A stretch of 64,000 nt of DNA from a virus (IMGVR_UViG_3300032223_002435:2604-66603), one strand, 5' to 3'. Shown: positions 53,038 through 62,617, numbered from the stretch's first letter. Program-made: numbers and translations. Notes: a model not told the origin generated them from the letters alone.

Positions 53038-53217
53038 CTACTGCCCCCTCCCCCCCCCTTGGGTACGGTCAATATCGTCTAAGGCCAAAAGCAAAACTTT
53101 TTTTACAAAAGCGCTCAGGCTGGTCTCATTTGCGCGCTCCGCTGCGGCTTTCAACATTGCCTTTTCGCTAGGCAGCAAGCTGATGGAGACCCCTTTTCTT
53201 AACTCCTTCTTTTTCAT
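53038..53217 (-). CDS. ribbon-helix-helix regulator 3 (59 aa)
   Basis: Manual translation ...RKGVSISLLPSEKAMLKAAAERANETSLSAFVKKVLL. Confidence 0.78.
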   Translation of the reverse strand: MKKKELRKGVSISLLPSEKAMLKAAAERANETSLSAFVKKVLLLALDDIDRTQGGGRGQ

Positions 53218-53326
53218 GTCAACAACAATTTAACGCAATATCAAGAATTGGCAATTTTTTAGTTTCTAAGCGCATTGACTAGATTATTTCTTGCCATGTC
53301 TTCCTATTTCTTCGCAAGATTTAGGA

Positions 53327-53503
53327 ATGGCAAGAGCTGTTGTTCCAAAAGACCAAAAGGCGATCCCCGCCCATATTTCCCTTCCAGCGCCCCTAATCGC
53401 AAAAACACGCAAAATTGCGTGCAATCAGGGTAAGTCGCTTTCGGGGTTCATGCGTGAGCTTTTAATGGCCCACCTAGCCGCCCTTGAGGAGGCCGCGCAA
53501 TGA
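53327..53503 (+). CDS. ribbon-helix-helix regulator 4 (58 aa)
   Basis: PAHISLPAPLIAKTRKIACNQGKSLSGFMRELL; first gene of the replication operon. Confidence 0.78.
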   Translation: MARAVVPKDQKAIPAHISLPAPLIAKTRKIACNQGKSLSGFMRELLMAHLAALEEAAQ

Positions 53504-54162
53504 CCCCTGAAGACTTGAGCGATTACGACGCTCATGTTTTGAGACAAAACACCGCTTATGCGGTGGCGTTTGAGGAGTTTGAGGCCTCCCTTACCCCCGA
53601 GCAAAGGATAAGCCTCGGCCGCAATGGGGCTCCCGACATCGAAGACAATCGAGCGGTTCCCACTCGCCGCGTTTTCATTGGAATCACCAAGGACGCCGCC
53701 GACAGCTATCTAGCAAGCGAAACTCCAGATATCGCGGCAGGCATTGACACAATTAAGGATGAGATGGCCGAACTTGGCATACCGAAAGAAGTGATTGATC
53801 GGTTCGCCAAATGGCATGAAGCCCGAGTGATGAAGGAGAGCGAATCAAGCAAAGCCTCTTTGGTAGTGAAGTTTGCCGGAATCTTCCTCCACTCCAGCAA
53901 TGTGCGGCTACACGCCGCAGCGTTGGCCTACAGCGCCGACCTCGCGCTGGTATACGGCATGGGGTCCATGGATTCCTGGGCAAAACAACACGGCCTGTCG
54001 CGGCAGGCCGTCAGTAAGGTCGCAAATTTTTGGCGTCGCGAATTGGGGCTCCCCGGCGGGAGCCACATGAGGGACGACAAAACGAGAGAAGCATACAAAA
54101 ACGCCCAATTAAACAACCACTGGAGAAAGAAAAAATATGAAAATCGCCCTGTTCACAAATGA
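53500..54162 (+). CDS. protein with C-terminal sigma-region-4-like HTH
   Basis: SMDSWAKQHGLSRQAVSKVANFWRRELGL. Confidence 0.65.
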   Translation: MTPEDLSDYDAHVLRQNTAYAVAFEEFEASLTPEQRISLGRNGAPDIEDNRAVPTRRVFIGITKDAADSYLASETPDIAAGIDTIKDEMAELGIPKEVIDRFAKWHEARVMKESESSKASLVVKFAGIFLHSSNVRLHAAALAYSADLALVYGMGSMDSWAKQHGLSRQAVSKVANFWRRELGLPGGSHMRDDKTREAYKNAQLNNHWRKKKYENRPVHK

Positions 54163-54766
54163 GTGCCAACTGCGATGGGAGGATAATGGCCTCACCATTG
54201 CCCCCGACGCACAACTAGCCGACTTTGAGCACGCCGTCCGCGTCCTTGCGCGGGTTGGAAAGATCAGCAGAATCGCTTTAGGTGATCTCCTGACCGAAGC
54301 CTCCAAGAAGGGCCTTGAGGAACAATTGACCATTGTTTTTGAAGAGGTTGGCCTGACTCCTGTGGAGGTTGGCAAGAGCCTTGCAATTGCCGCCGTGCCT
54401 CGTTCGCTCCGAAGCGAGGAACTCAGCGAAGAGCATTACTTCGTCGTGAGCAAACTTTCTTTAGCCGATCAGACAAAGTGGCTCGATGCCGCCATCAAAC
54501 ACGGGCTCAACGCTCTTGAAATGAAGCGGTCAATCGAGGCCGGCCGGATCCTCAAACGCGATGAAATCAATGATCTTTCCGGTCGGGGCTCTGGAATCAT
54601 CAATTATCACGGGATCGTAAATCAATGGGATCGCTGGGCCAACAAGATCGGCGGCGTGACGGGCATGACGGAGTGGCCGATTGAAACCCTCAGACGGTGG
54701 AGAGAAGAGGTCGATTCGGTGGCCGAGATGATCGCCAAGGTCGACAAAATCCTCGCTGAGAAATGA
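54137..54766 (+). CDS. hypothetical protein
   Basis: 209 aa; ALGDLL...LSEEHY...KWLDAA; in operon. Confidence 0.65.
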   Translation: MKIALFTNECQLRWEDNGLTIAPDAQLADFEHAVRVLARVGKISRIALGDLLTEASKKGLEEQLTIVFEEVGLTPVEVGKSLAIAAVPRSLRSEELSEEHYFVVSKLSLADQTKWLDAAIKHGLNALEMKRSIEAGRILKRDEINDLSGRGSGIINYHGIVNQWDRWANKIGGVTGMTEWPIETLRRWREEVDSVAEMIAKVDKILAEK

Positions 54767-55091
54767 GCAAGAAGAAGAAGCCCAATCGCCAACCTTTCTA
54801 TGCCCAACTCCTCACTGAAAGAGTCCGGTCGCAAGATGAACGTCGTAAAGCCCTCAATCAGGCGGCTGAGCGAGTCCTCAAACCGATCAAAGATTCGCCA
54901 CCTAAGTAAGGCCTTCCTTCCACCCGAATTTTATTTTCGCCTCCGCGCAAAAGGACTGATTGGAGCCCCCAAGTTCCTCAGCTCCATCCATGCGGGATTT
55001 CCACTCCCATCCTTTCCAAAACTTTCCCGTCAAGGCGGGAATATCACAACAACAACCCTGGAAAAACAGGACAACCAACAAACAGCAACCC

Positions 55092-55835
55092 ATGAGAATC
55101 AGTAATAAAAGCGGCGCTAAGTTCGCCCCCCATGACGAAGGAAACTTCATCGGAGTCCTCGTCGATATCACCCCCGAGGTCGTTCGCGAAACTCAATTTG
55201 GACCAAAAAAGGAGTTCCGACTCGTCTTCGAGACCAACGCACCAGCTCGTGAAGACGGATCACCACAACTGATCTGGTCCCGTGGATTCACCGCCTCGCT
55301 CAACGAGAAGGCGGCTTTTCGCAAGTTTATCCGTCAATGGTTTGGTCGTGACCTCACCATTGAGGAAGAATCGGATTTCGACATGGAGCCCCTCTTGGGA
55401 CGATGCGGCAAGCTCGTTATCGTTCACGAGGTCAATGGCGACCGCACTTACGCCAATATCGCCGCCTGCACCCCTCACAAGGGTGAACCAATCAAGGCGT
55501 CTGGCAAGTTCGTCCGCAAGCAGGATCGCGAAGAGAAGGCTCCAGCCGGATCCGAGACGTCCTACCGTGGTGCCGCCAAGCCAGACGACGCTCCTGCCGC
55601 CAACACAAGCGTCGATGACACTCAAGCCGGCGCGGATTGGAGCAGGGTCAAGGTTCATGTCGGAAACAACAAGGGAATCGAGTTGCGTGACCTTGATGGC
55701 GAGGCCATCAACAAATTGGTCGCCAACTGGCTTCCGGTTCATCGTGCCGCCAAAAAGCCTTCCGCTGACGACAAGCGGCTGGCCGCAGCCTTGGAACTCG
55801 CGCAGGAAGCGATCTCAACTTCTGTTGAATACTAA
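55092..55835 (+). CDS. phage ssDNA-binding/replication protein, putative
   Basis: ETQFG.K..RLVFE, FTASLNEKA, WFGRDLT, YANI; CA-rich leader. Confidence 0.7.
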   Translation: MRISNKSGAKFAPHDEGNFIGVLVDITPEVVRETQFGPKKEFRLVFETNAPAREDGSPQLIWSRGFTASLNEKAAFRKFIRQWFGRDLTIEEESDFDMEPLLGRCGKLVIVHEVNGDRTYANIAACTPHKGEPIKASGKFVRKQDREEKAPAGSETSYRGAAKPDDAPAANTSVDDTQAGADWSRVKVHVGNNKGIELRDLDGEAINKLVANWLPVHRAAKKPSADDKRLAAALELAQEAISTSVEY

Positions 55836-55836
55836 G

Positions 55837-56577
55837 GTGAAACTCGAAATCGTCGTTAGCGGCCCACTGCAGCGACCCGAGATCGAACTGGCCCCTGCCG
55901 CCTTCAATGCGCGGCAGGTGGCCCTCGATTCGGCCACGCAGATCACGGAAATCAATTCGGTTTCCGACCTCGATGAAGCAGGGCGAGCCCTCACCCTCGT
56001 AAAATCACTGACTCGCTCCGTTGAGGACAGCCGAAAAGCCGTCAAAGCACCGGTTCTCGAGGTAGGAAAGCGCATTGATGGCATTGCAAAAGACTTTGCC
56101 ACCCCGCTCGAGATTGAAGGCGATCGCCTGTCAAAAATGATCGGAGCCTATCAAGAAATGCAGAAACGCAAGGCCGAAAGGGAGCGGGAAGAAGCTGCCA
56201 AAGCTCAAAGCGATGCCCTGAAGGAACTGAGTTTGAAACAAACTCAAGCCGCCATGGCAGGCGACGTTATGGCCGCCGACGCTGCTCGAGCCGAGGCCGC
56301 TGAGAAAATAGCTGAGGCACAACTCGCCATGATCAATGCCGAAGGGCCGCGTTTGGACAACATCACAACCAGAGGGGTTTGGAAGTTTGAGGTTACCGAT
56401 ATCCATGCACTTTTCGAGGCGCGTGCAGATCTGTGCCTCATCGAGCCAAACAATGCTGCTATTCGCGCCATCGTCAAGGCGACTAACGGAAGGCCCATTC
56501 CAGGTCTGCGTGTCTGGCAAGAGGCTACCGCAATTGTACGCTCCGCATCACTCGCCCCATCACAATATGACTACTGA
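55837..56577 (+). CDS. coiled-coil phage recombination-associated protein
   Basis: VEDSRKAVKAPVL..GKRID, WKFEVTD, IPGLRVW; GTG start after the upstream stop. Confidence 0.65.
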   Translation: MKLEIVVSGPLQRPEIELAPAAFNARQVALDSATQITEINSVSDLDEAGRALTLVKSLTRSVEDSRKAVKAPVLEVGKRIDGIAKDFATPLEIEGDRLSKMIGAYQEMQKRKAEREREEAAKAQSDALKELSLKQTQAAMAGDVMAADAARAEAAEKIAEAQLAMINAEGPRLDNITTRGVWKFEVTDIHALFEARADLCLIEPNNAAIRAIVKATNGRPIPGLRVWQEATAIVRSASLAPSQYDY

Positions 56578-56779
56578 GGCCGACCCTGATCGCCTTGAGT
56601 GGCCCAAGACGCTGGCTCCCCTTGTTGGGCTCCACGCCAATCAGATCCAATTCTTGAGAAAGAAGGGATGTCCTTTCTATGGCCGCAAAACAACCCTCAA
56701 TTGGGTTCGTGGATTTCTGGCAAAGGAGGCGGGAGCGCCGGCACCTTTAGAAGAGCTCTCCGCGCATCCTCAACATTGA
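56567..56779 (+). CDS. excisionase-like small HTH protein
   Basis: 70 aa; PKTLAPLVGLHANQIQFLRKKGCPF; convergent with and overlapping the integrase. Confidence 0.6.
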   Translation: MTTEADPDRLEWPKTLAPLVGLHANQIQFLRKKGCPFYGRKTTLNWVRGFLAKEAGAPAPLEELSAHPQH

Positions 56780-57776
56780 GCTTGGAATAGATTCGGTGAA
56801 CCAGATCAGTGCTGTGATTAACCAACCGCATCGCTTCCGCTTGGGAGAGACCGGCCCGGTGGCATCGTGTGATGAAGGTCACGCGACAGCTATGGCTGGT
56901 CGCTCCGCAGGCTCGCTTGAGGATGCGGTTAAACTTCCTATTGGCATGGTTGTTTCGGAACTCATCGGGTCCTCCGACAATCTCAGGAAGCGTGAATCCA
57001 TCATGCCACTCAATGCCCTGCAGGAAGGTGGCGAGATGCTGACTCATCGGAACGGTAAATACCTTTCGAGGGTCATTCTCGTCTCGCTTGGAGTCCACAA
57101 GAAGGATGGTCAGGTTCTTGAAGTTGATGTTCTCCTTTGCAATTCTAGCCTCGTTGAATCTGCAGCCGAGGTTGATCAGGATCTCAAAGCAGACACGGCA
57201 CCATTTCTCTTCGGGCCTAGATCCCAAGAACTTCAGCCTGGCCTCATGGATGTCGTTATCATCCAATTCCGCTTTCTCCTTGGGGGGCTTTTTGGCGATG
57301 ATCTCCCCTCCCAAGACATTTCGTTCGGCAATACGCTTCCGAATGGCCTCTTTCATGATGAAGCTGAGGAATTTGACCTCGGCCCTCGCGGTATTATGGG
57401 AGGCACCGGCCTTCTTGCGCCAAGTCATGTATTGGTGAGCGTGTTCGTGCTCGAGCTCTCGGGGGTGCCGGATCTTTTGGGAGAGAAGCCAGCTTTGCAA
57501 ATTGCTCCAGAAATGATGAGCGCGTTGGCGCGTCTTGATTTTCAGGTAATGGCTCTCGATGTAGGCCGGAACCCACTCTCCAAAATCATCGCCCCTATTC
57601 GGGCTAACCATCGCCTCTTCTTTGCTCTTCTTGGCGGCCTGCTTGAGCGCGGCCGCAGTTTCTTTGGCGTCATCAATCCGAAGCTTGAGATTCTCTCTCA
57701 CCCAAACCCCTGTTTCCAAATTGCGATACCTCAAGTGCCAGAACGGGCTTCGGTCGCGCTTGGTCAGGTAAGCCAT
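56697..57776 (-). CDS. int: tyrosine recombinase (integrase)
   Basis: GCRFNEA (R), DSK, HSCR (HxxR), LVNH, RIY catalytic residues; N-terminal arm-binding-like segment. Confidence 0.92.
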   Translation of the reverse strand: MAYLTKRDRSPFWHLRYRNLETGVWVRENLKLRIDDAKETAAALKQAAKKSKEEAMVSPNRGDDFGEWVPAYIESHYLKIKTRQRAHHFWSNLQSWLLSQKIRHPRELEHEHAHQYMTWRKKAGASHNTARAEVKFLSFIMKEAIRKRIAERNVLGGEIIAKKPPKEKAELDDNDIHEARLKFLGSRPEEKWCRVCFEILINLGCRFNEARIAKENINFKNLTILLVDSKRDENDPRKVFTVPMSQHLATFLQGIEWHDGFTLPEIVGGPDEFRNNHANRKFNRILKRACGATSHSCRVTFITRCHRAGLSQAEAMRLVNHSTDLVHRIYSKLNVEDARRALLKVPALPPPLPEIHEPN

Positions 57777-57788
57777 AAATCAGACAGT

Positions 57789-57954
57789 GGGACACAGGGG
57801 GACAAATCGCAAGTTTTTTGCGGTTTTCTAAAGTGTTCTAACACTGAAGATCATGTGCTTTCTACACAGGGGGAAATTTTACCGTTACACCACGGGGCAA
57901 TCTATCTCTCTGTAGATCAGCTATTTACGACTGAGGGGGACACAAGGGGGACAA
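57789..57954. other. candidate attP: arm-type direct repeats flanking a tRNA-5'-like core
   Basis: GGGACACA(A)GGGGGACAA at 57789 and 57937; minus-strand TGCCCCGTGGTGTAACGGTA at 57880-57899; directly upstream of int. Confidence 0.65.
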
Positions 57955-58039
57955 GCCCCTGTGGTGTAGTAGCTGATTCACGCTACGAGCATGCCGAAAG
58001 AGTTACGGCTGCGCAAGTTCTTACCCACGCACTACCACT

Positions 58040-58444
58040 ATGCCCACACTAGCCGAAATCCTTGCTTCAAAGAGCAAGCCACAACAGACAGGCGGCCTCA
58101 GAATAAGAGCCGTCGACGAAAAGGCCCAAATGGCCGCCGACATCAAGCTCACCCTTGATGGACTTGCCCCAAAAATCCAGCCCCTAGCTTCCCAGCCAAG
58201 GGAGTTAGGGGCGATGGAGCACGGCGAGAGGATTCCCATGGATCATCCATCACCAGGGGCGTCGGAGGACGAGGTGAAGTGGTTCAATTCGTTGCACGCT
58301 TTCGCAAGCGACATGGGGGTGGTGATCGACCCAAGCAACGAGCACGCGTGGATAGCTGTCCGCCAGAACAAGCACGACAGCCATCCCCTCCTCCTGCTCA
58401 AGCTCCCGCTCCTGAATTGCCCATCCCCACAAGGGCCGTTTTAG
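58040..58444 (+). CDS. hypothetical protein
   Basis: 134-aa ATG ORF after the att region. Confidence 0.6.
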   Translation: MPTLAEILASKSKPQQTGGLRIRAVDEKAQMAADIKLTLDGLAPKIQPLASQPRELGAMEHGERIPMDHPSPGASEDEVKWFNSLHAFASDMGVVIDPSNEHAWIAVRQNKHDSHPLLLLKLPLLNCPSPQGPF

Positions 58445-58537
58445 ACGCCGATTCCGAATCCAATCGAATCGCTCACCAACTACACATCGCCGTCCGGATG
58501 GGCTTTCTAGCGCCCAACGATCCCGACATTCCATTCT

Positions 58538-59854
58538 ATGCACACATCATCCATCTCTTTAACGCAACCGTCGAAGATTATTAGACTCGATCAGGGGCAA
58601 AAAAACGCCATCGATATCATGCAGTCGGGGCGCTCCGTTTTCCTAACGGGCATGGCGGGCACTGGAAAGAGTTCCACGCTCTGCCAATACCTCGCGCAGG
58701 CCTTTTCTGAAGTTTCGGTCACGGCCACAACTGGCATCGCCGCCCTCAACCTTCAGGATCAATACAGGAGCGCCGCACGCATTGGGCTTCCAGCCTTCAC
58801 CATCTATCGTTGGGCCGGCATCTTCACGGGCCCCCTTCCCTATCAGTCCATAGAGGAGTTCGCTCGCTTCCTGTTCGCGAGCGAGGCTCGCAATGTGATC
58901 AATGCGCGCAAGCGTATTGAAAAAGCTCGGGTTCTCGTCATTGACGAAATCTCGATGCTGCCCGGACGCACGCTTGATTTTCTAGATTTCTACTTTCGCA
59001 GTGTCCGTAAAAAAGACACCCCTTTCGGCGGCATTCAGATGATTTTTGTGGGGGATTTTTTGCAACTCCCCCCTGTCTCCAAGACCGGACGTTACGATTG
59101 GGCGTTTCAGTCTCGCTCATGGAACGAGCTTCACCCACTACCGATTTACCTCAAGAACATCCATCGTCAGGACGAACCTCTATTCGTCGAGGCTCTTAAC
59201 AACTTCCGAGAAGGCCGCATTAGTCAGTCGGTCGCCAACACCTTGGCAGCCCGCGTGAATATGTTTACGCCCCGCAAGGTTCCTCGGCTCTTCACTCACA
59301 ATGCTCAGGTCGACAAATGGAACCATGTGCAGATATCCGACCTCGAAGGCGATGCAGAAACCTTTACCGCCACCTACGAGGGATCCCCCTCCGATATTGA
59401 ATTCTTAAAGAAGAATTCCATCACTCCACACGAGCTGACCATCAAGCGAGGGGCTCGCATCATGGTCACCGCCAATATCAGCGACGATACAGGCGATCTG
59501 GTCGCTGTGAATGGACAGCTTGGAACCGTGCGAGAGACGTTCCCCCTCATCGTCGATCTTGATAACGGACATCCACTGCGTGTCGAAAAGCGCCAGTGGT
59601 CGCTCGATCCACAGAACCCCAAGTCAGCCACGATGACACAGGTTCCATTAAAGCCGGCCTATGCCATCTCTATCCACAAATCCCAAGGCCTCACCCTGCC
59701 TTGTGCGCATATCGACATCCGCGCCGCGCGTGAACCTGGACAAGCCTATGTCGCGCTGTCCCGCCTCAAGTCACTGTCGGGCCTCTATCTCAAGGAGTGG
59801 ATCAAGGGCGTCCATGTAAGCCCTGCCGCCATCAACTTTTACAAAAATCTATGA
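58538..59854 (+). CDS. PIF1/RecD-like SF1B helicase
   Basis: GMAGTGKS, IDEISM, PFGGIQMIFVGDFLQLPPV, AISIHKSQGLTL, GQAYVALSR. Confidence 0.95.
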   Translation: MHTSSISLTQPSKIIRLDQGQKNAIDIMQSGRSVFLTGMAGTGKSSTLCQYLAQAFSEVSVTATTGIAALNLQDQYRSAARIGLPAFTIYRWAGIFTGPLPYQSIEEFARFLFASEARNVINARKRIEKARVLVIDEISMLPGRTLDFLDFYFRSVRKKDTPFGGIQMIFVGDFLQLPPVSKTGRYDWAFQSRSWNELHPLPIYLKNIHRQDEPLFVEALNNFREGRISQSVANTLAARVNMFTPRKVPRLFTHNAQVDKWNHVQISDLEGDAETFTATYEGSPSDIEFLKKNSITPHELTIKRGARIMVTANISDDTGDLVAVNGQLGTVRETFPLIVDLDNGHPLRVEKRQWSLDPQNPKSATMTQVPLKPAYAISIHKSQGLTLPCAHIDIRAAREPGQAYVALSRLKSLSGLYLKEWIKGVHVSPAAINFYKNL

Positions 59855-62259
59855 GCTCCACTATATCCTTGTTCCCTTCCGCGCTCGCCCAAGAGCCAAC
59901 GGAAAACATCACAATACTTCAATTCATCAAGGATGTCCGTGACGGCCGGTGGGCGGCCAACATCACACCGCTGCGCCACCATATCGCCATGGATGATCGG
60001 GCATCCTACGATGCCAAGAAGCGACTCCTCCCTGCCGTCACGATCTCCTGCCACTGCATGAGCCGTGAGCGTGACCTTTCTGCAGAGGCCAAGGCCATCA
60101 CCCATTCCGGCTGGCTCCAAGCCGACTTCGATCTCAAGGACAACCTCATGTTCGGAGATCCTGAAGAGGCGATGGCCATGCGGGCCTCCCTCATCAATGA
60201 CCCTTATGTGGGCGCCGTCTTCGTAGGCCCCTCCGGTGAGGGGCTCAAGGCTCTCGTCTACATCGGCACGGAGAACCACAAAGACTCCTGGTTCGCCGCC
60301 GAACTCCACTTCCGTGAGCAATACAAGCTCACCATGGACAAGGCCACAAAGGATCCACTGCGCCTCTGCTTCGTCTCTTTCGATCCCTTGGCCGAGATGT
60401 CGGAGTTTTATTGCGAACTCCCCATCCCCGAAAAGGTAGAGACCGAGGAGCGTCGGTGGACACCACCCATCGAATCCACAGCCGAGGACATTGCCGAGAT
60501 GCTCTCCTATATCCCCCCTCGCCCTGATTACGACACATGGCTGCGTATCGCCTCGGCCGTCTGGAGCGTTCTCCCCGCTGGTGAGGGTTCCATGCTTCTA
60601 AACAAGTGGTCTCCAGAAGAACAGGACGGCGAATACATGGGCAAACACAAGGCTCGCCTGACCCAAATCGGGATCGGAACCCTCGCCATGATGGCACAAC
60701 AGCATGGTTTTGATGCCAAGGAGGCCTATCGCCGCCGCCGATGGGCTGGCCGTATCCGCTTCGCCGATTCCACTCGCAGCCCTTTCCAGAAGCAGGACGA
60801 GGAAAAATCTCCAGAGATAACTGAAATCTCCAGAGAGCGTATTATCCGTGCCTTCAATGATCAGCAAGTGGGAGATGCCCTCCTCTGGTGCGAGATTCGC
60901 GCCGGCCAACGTATCTACAACATCAACGCCAAACTCTGGATGTATTACCAAGACGGGGTTTGGCTCCGCGACTCCGGACGCATCACCACCCACGACATCT
61001 CCCATACGCTCAAGGAGATTTACAGCGCTTTGGCCGATTCCGTCCGTGATGAAATCATCCAAAACCCCGCCCCTCCCAAGACCGACGATCCTAGGACGGA
61101 ACAACTCGCCTCCATCCATAAACGTATCAAGGATCTCGGATCATCGAAGTATCTGGCCGGGGTCGAAACCCTTGCCGAACGCCATCTCTACACTTCAGCC
61201 ACTGATTTTGATCAAAATCGGGAGCTTCTCGTCGTTTCCAATGGAACCATCGACTTTAAGGAGGGCCACAAGCGCGAACATCAGTCCAGCGATCTGGCCA
61301 CCATCAAGAGCAATATCAACTTCGACATCGAGGCTCAATGCCCCAAGTGGGACGCCTTCCTCGAACGCTGTATTCCCAACCTTGAGACACGCGAATACCT
61401 AGCCAGAGCCGTCGGCTATTCCCTCACCGGACGCGTCGATTATGAGGTTTTGTTTTTCTGCTACGGACACGGCGCTAACGGAAAAAGCACCTTCTTTTCC
61501 GTTATAGAACACCTTCTTGGAGACTTCATGACCTCCGTCCCCATCGCCGCCCTCCTAACGACCAAATCGGACAATAATCACGATTACCACAAGGCCGGAA
61601 TGGAGGGAAAAAGAGTCGTTCTCACAGACGAGATACCTGCAAATCGGTCATTTGCTGAAGATCAGATCAAGGGGCTCACCGGAGGAGATAAGATCAACGC
61701 ACGCCGGCCTTACGAGGTGCCCTACACCTTCCAGAGTAGCCACAAGCTCTGGATGATGGGTAACCACAAACCCGATATCAAAGGCACAGATGATGGTATC
61801 TGGCGCCGCGTCCACCTCATCCCATGGAGCGTCACCATCCCCAAGGCCGAACAGCGGCCCAAGCAAGACCTCCTCGATGACCTCACGGCAGAACTACCTG
61901 GTATCCTCAATTGGGCGATCATGGGTCTGATCAGCTCCCGAGACATCGGACTTCAGCCGCCCCTTGAGGTCATCAAGGCCACTGAAGAGTATCGAGCAGA
62001 CAATGATCAGCTCTCCACGTTCCTCTCCGAGAACGTCATCCAAGACAAGGGATCCAAACTCCATGTCGACGATATCCACAAACGCTATCGCCTTTGGTGC
62101 GATCGCAATGGCGAACGCCCTCGCTACACCAGTACACGAAAGCTGTCCGCCGGACTCAAGGAGAAGAAAGACATTTTTAAGGTAGAGGTAGACCGCAAAA
62201 ATAAGCCCTTCATCCGAGACTATAAGATGACAGAAGCGCAGATAGAACATGAGGATTAA
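59851..62259 (+). CDS. primase-helicase (VirE-N/BT4734-like primase + PriCT-2 + D5-type SF3 helicase)
   Basis: KRLLPAVT, QADFD, VGPSGEGLK, DPLRLCFVSFDP; YDTWLRIASA; YGHGANGKST, GGDKINAR, DDGIWRR. Confidence 0.92.
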   Translation: MSSTISLFPSALAQEPTENITILQFIKDVRDGRWAANITPLRHHIAMDDRASYDAKKRLLPAVTISCHCMSRERDLSAEAKAITHSGWLQADFDLKDNLMFGDPEEAMAMRASLINDPYVGAVFVGPSGEGLKALVYIGTENHKDSWFAAELHFREQYKLTMDKATKDPLRLCFVSFDPLAEMSEFYCELPIPEKVETEERRWTPPIESTAEDIAEMLSYIPPRPDYDTWLRIASAVWSVLPAGEGSMLLNKWSPEEQDGEYMGKHKARLTQIGIGTLAMMAQQHGFDAKEAYRRRRWAGRIRFADSTRSPFQKQDEEKSPEITEISRERIIRAFNDQQVGDALLWCEIRAGQRIYNINAKLWMYYQDGVWLRDSGRITTHDISHTLKEIYSALADSVRDEIIQNPAPPKTDDPRTEQLASIHKRIKDLGSSKYLAGVETLAERHLYTSATDFDQNRELLVVSNGTIDFKEGHKREHQSSDLATIKSNINFDIEAQCPKWDAFLERCIPNLETREYLARAVGYSLTGRVDYEVLFFCYGHGANGKSTFFSVIEHLLGDFMTSVPIAALLTTKSDNNHDYHKAGMEGKRVVLTDEIPANRSFAEDQIKGLTGGDKINARRPYEVPYTFQSSHKLWMMGNHKPDIKGTDDGIWRRVHLIPWSVTIPKAEQRPKQDLLDDLTAELPGILNWAIMGLISSRDIGLQPPLEVIKATEEYRADNDQLSTFLSENVIQDKGSKLHVDDIHKRYRLWCDRNGERPRYTSTRKLSAGLKEKKDIFKVEVDRKNKPFIRDYKMTEAQIEHED

Positions 62260-62290
62260 CATGGAATATAATATCTATATACCCCCTCAG

Positions 62291-62567
62291 TTTGCGGCGC
62301 TCGTTTGCGGCGTTGTCATCAACTCCTGAGTTACAAATGAGCTTGTTGATCAAAAATAGGGAAATCTTGACCTCAAAAGCGCCGCAATGCCGCAAAAGCG
62401 CCGCTTTCTTTGCCTCAAAAGAAAAGAGCCTATTTACTCTGTTAAATAGGCCTATGCCGCAATTGCCGCAAATATTCCCTATCCTTGCGTTAGGCAATGC
62501 AAAAAAACCCGTTTCTCCCCTAGAGAAAAGTTGGGTTACCCCAAAATATGCGGCATTTGCGGCAAGG
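62291..62567. repeat. paired GCCGCA(A)/(T)TGCGGC repeats, candidate replication origin
   Basis: Four pairs near 62292, 62381, 62455 and 62548; outer pairs inverted relative to inner pairs; right after the primase-helicase. Confidence 0.6.
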
Positions 62568-62617
62568 CACTAACTAAGAACTAAAATCACCATTCAGTAA
62601 TAACAACCCCACCAAAC

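Noticed and set aside
53050-53058. C9 tract as a phase-variation switch
   Set aside because: Lies in the last codons of RHH gene 3, after the fold; slippage would only alter the tail
53275-53298. TTGAC with an ATG 21 nt downstream as another late-motif gene
   Set aside because: That ATG opens a short unconvincing frame overlapping RHH gene 4; more likely an ordinary -35 element or chance
57955-58030. Intact tRNA gene
   Set aside because: Start and D-stem look tRNA-like, but there is no T-arm consensus or pairing acceptor 3' strand
56796-58052. 418-aa + strand ORF
   Set aside because: Antisense shadow of the integrase running through the att repeats; no recognisable motifs
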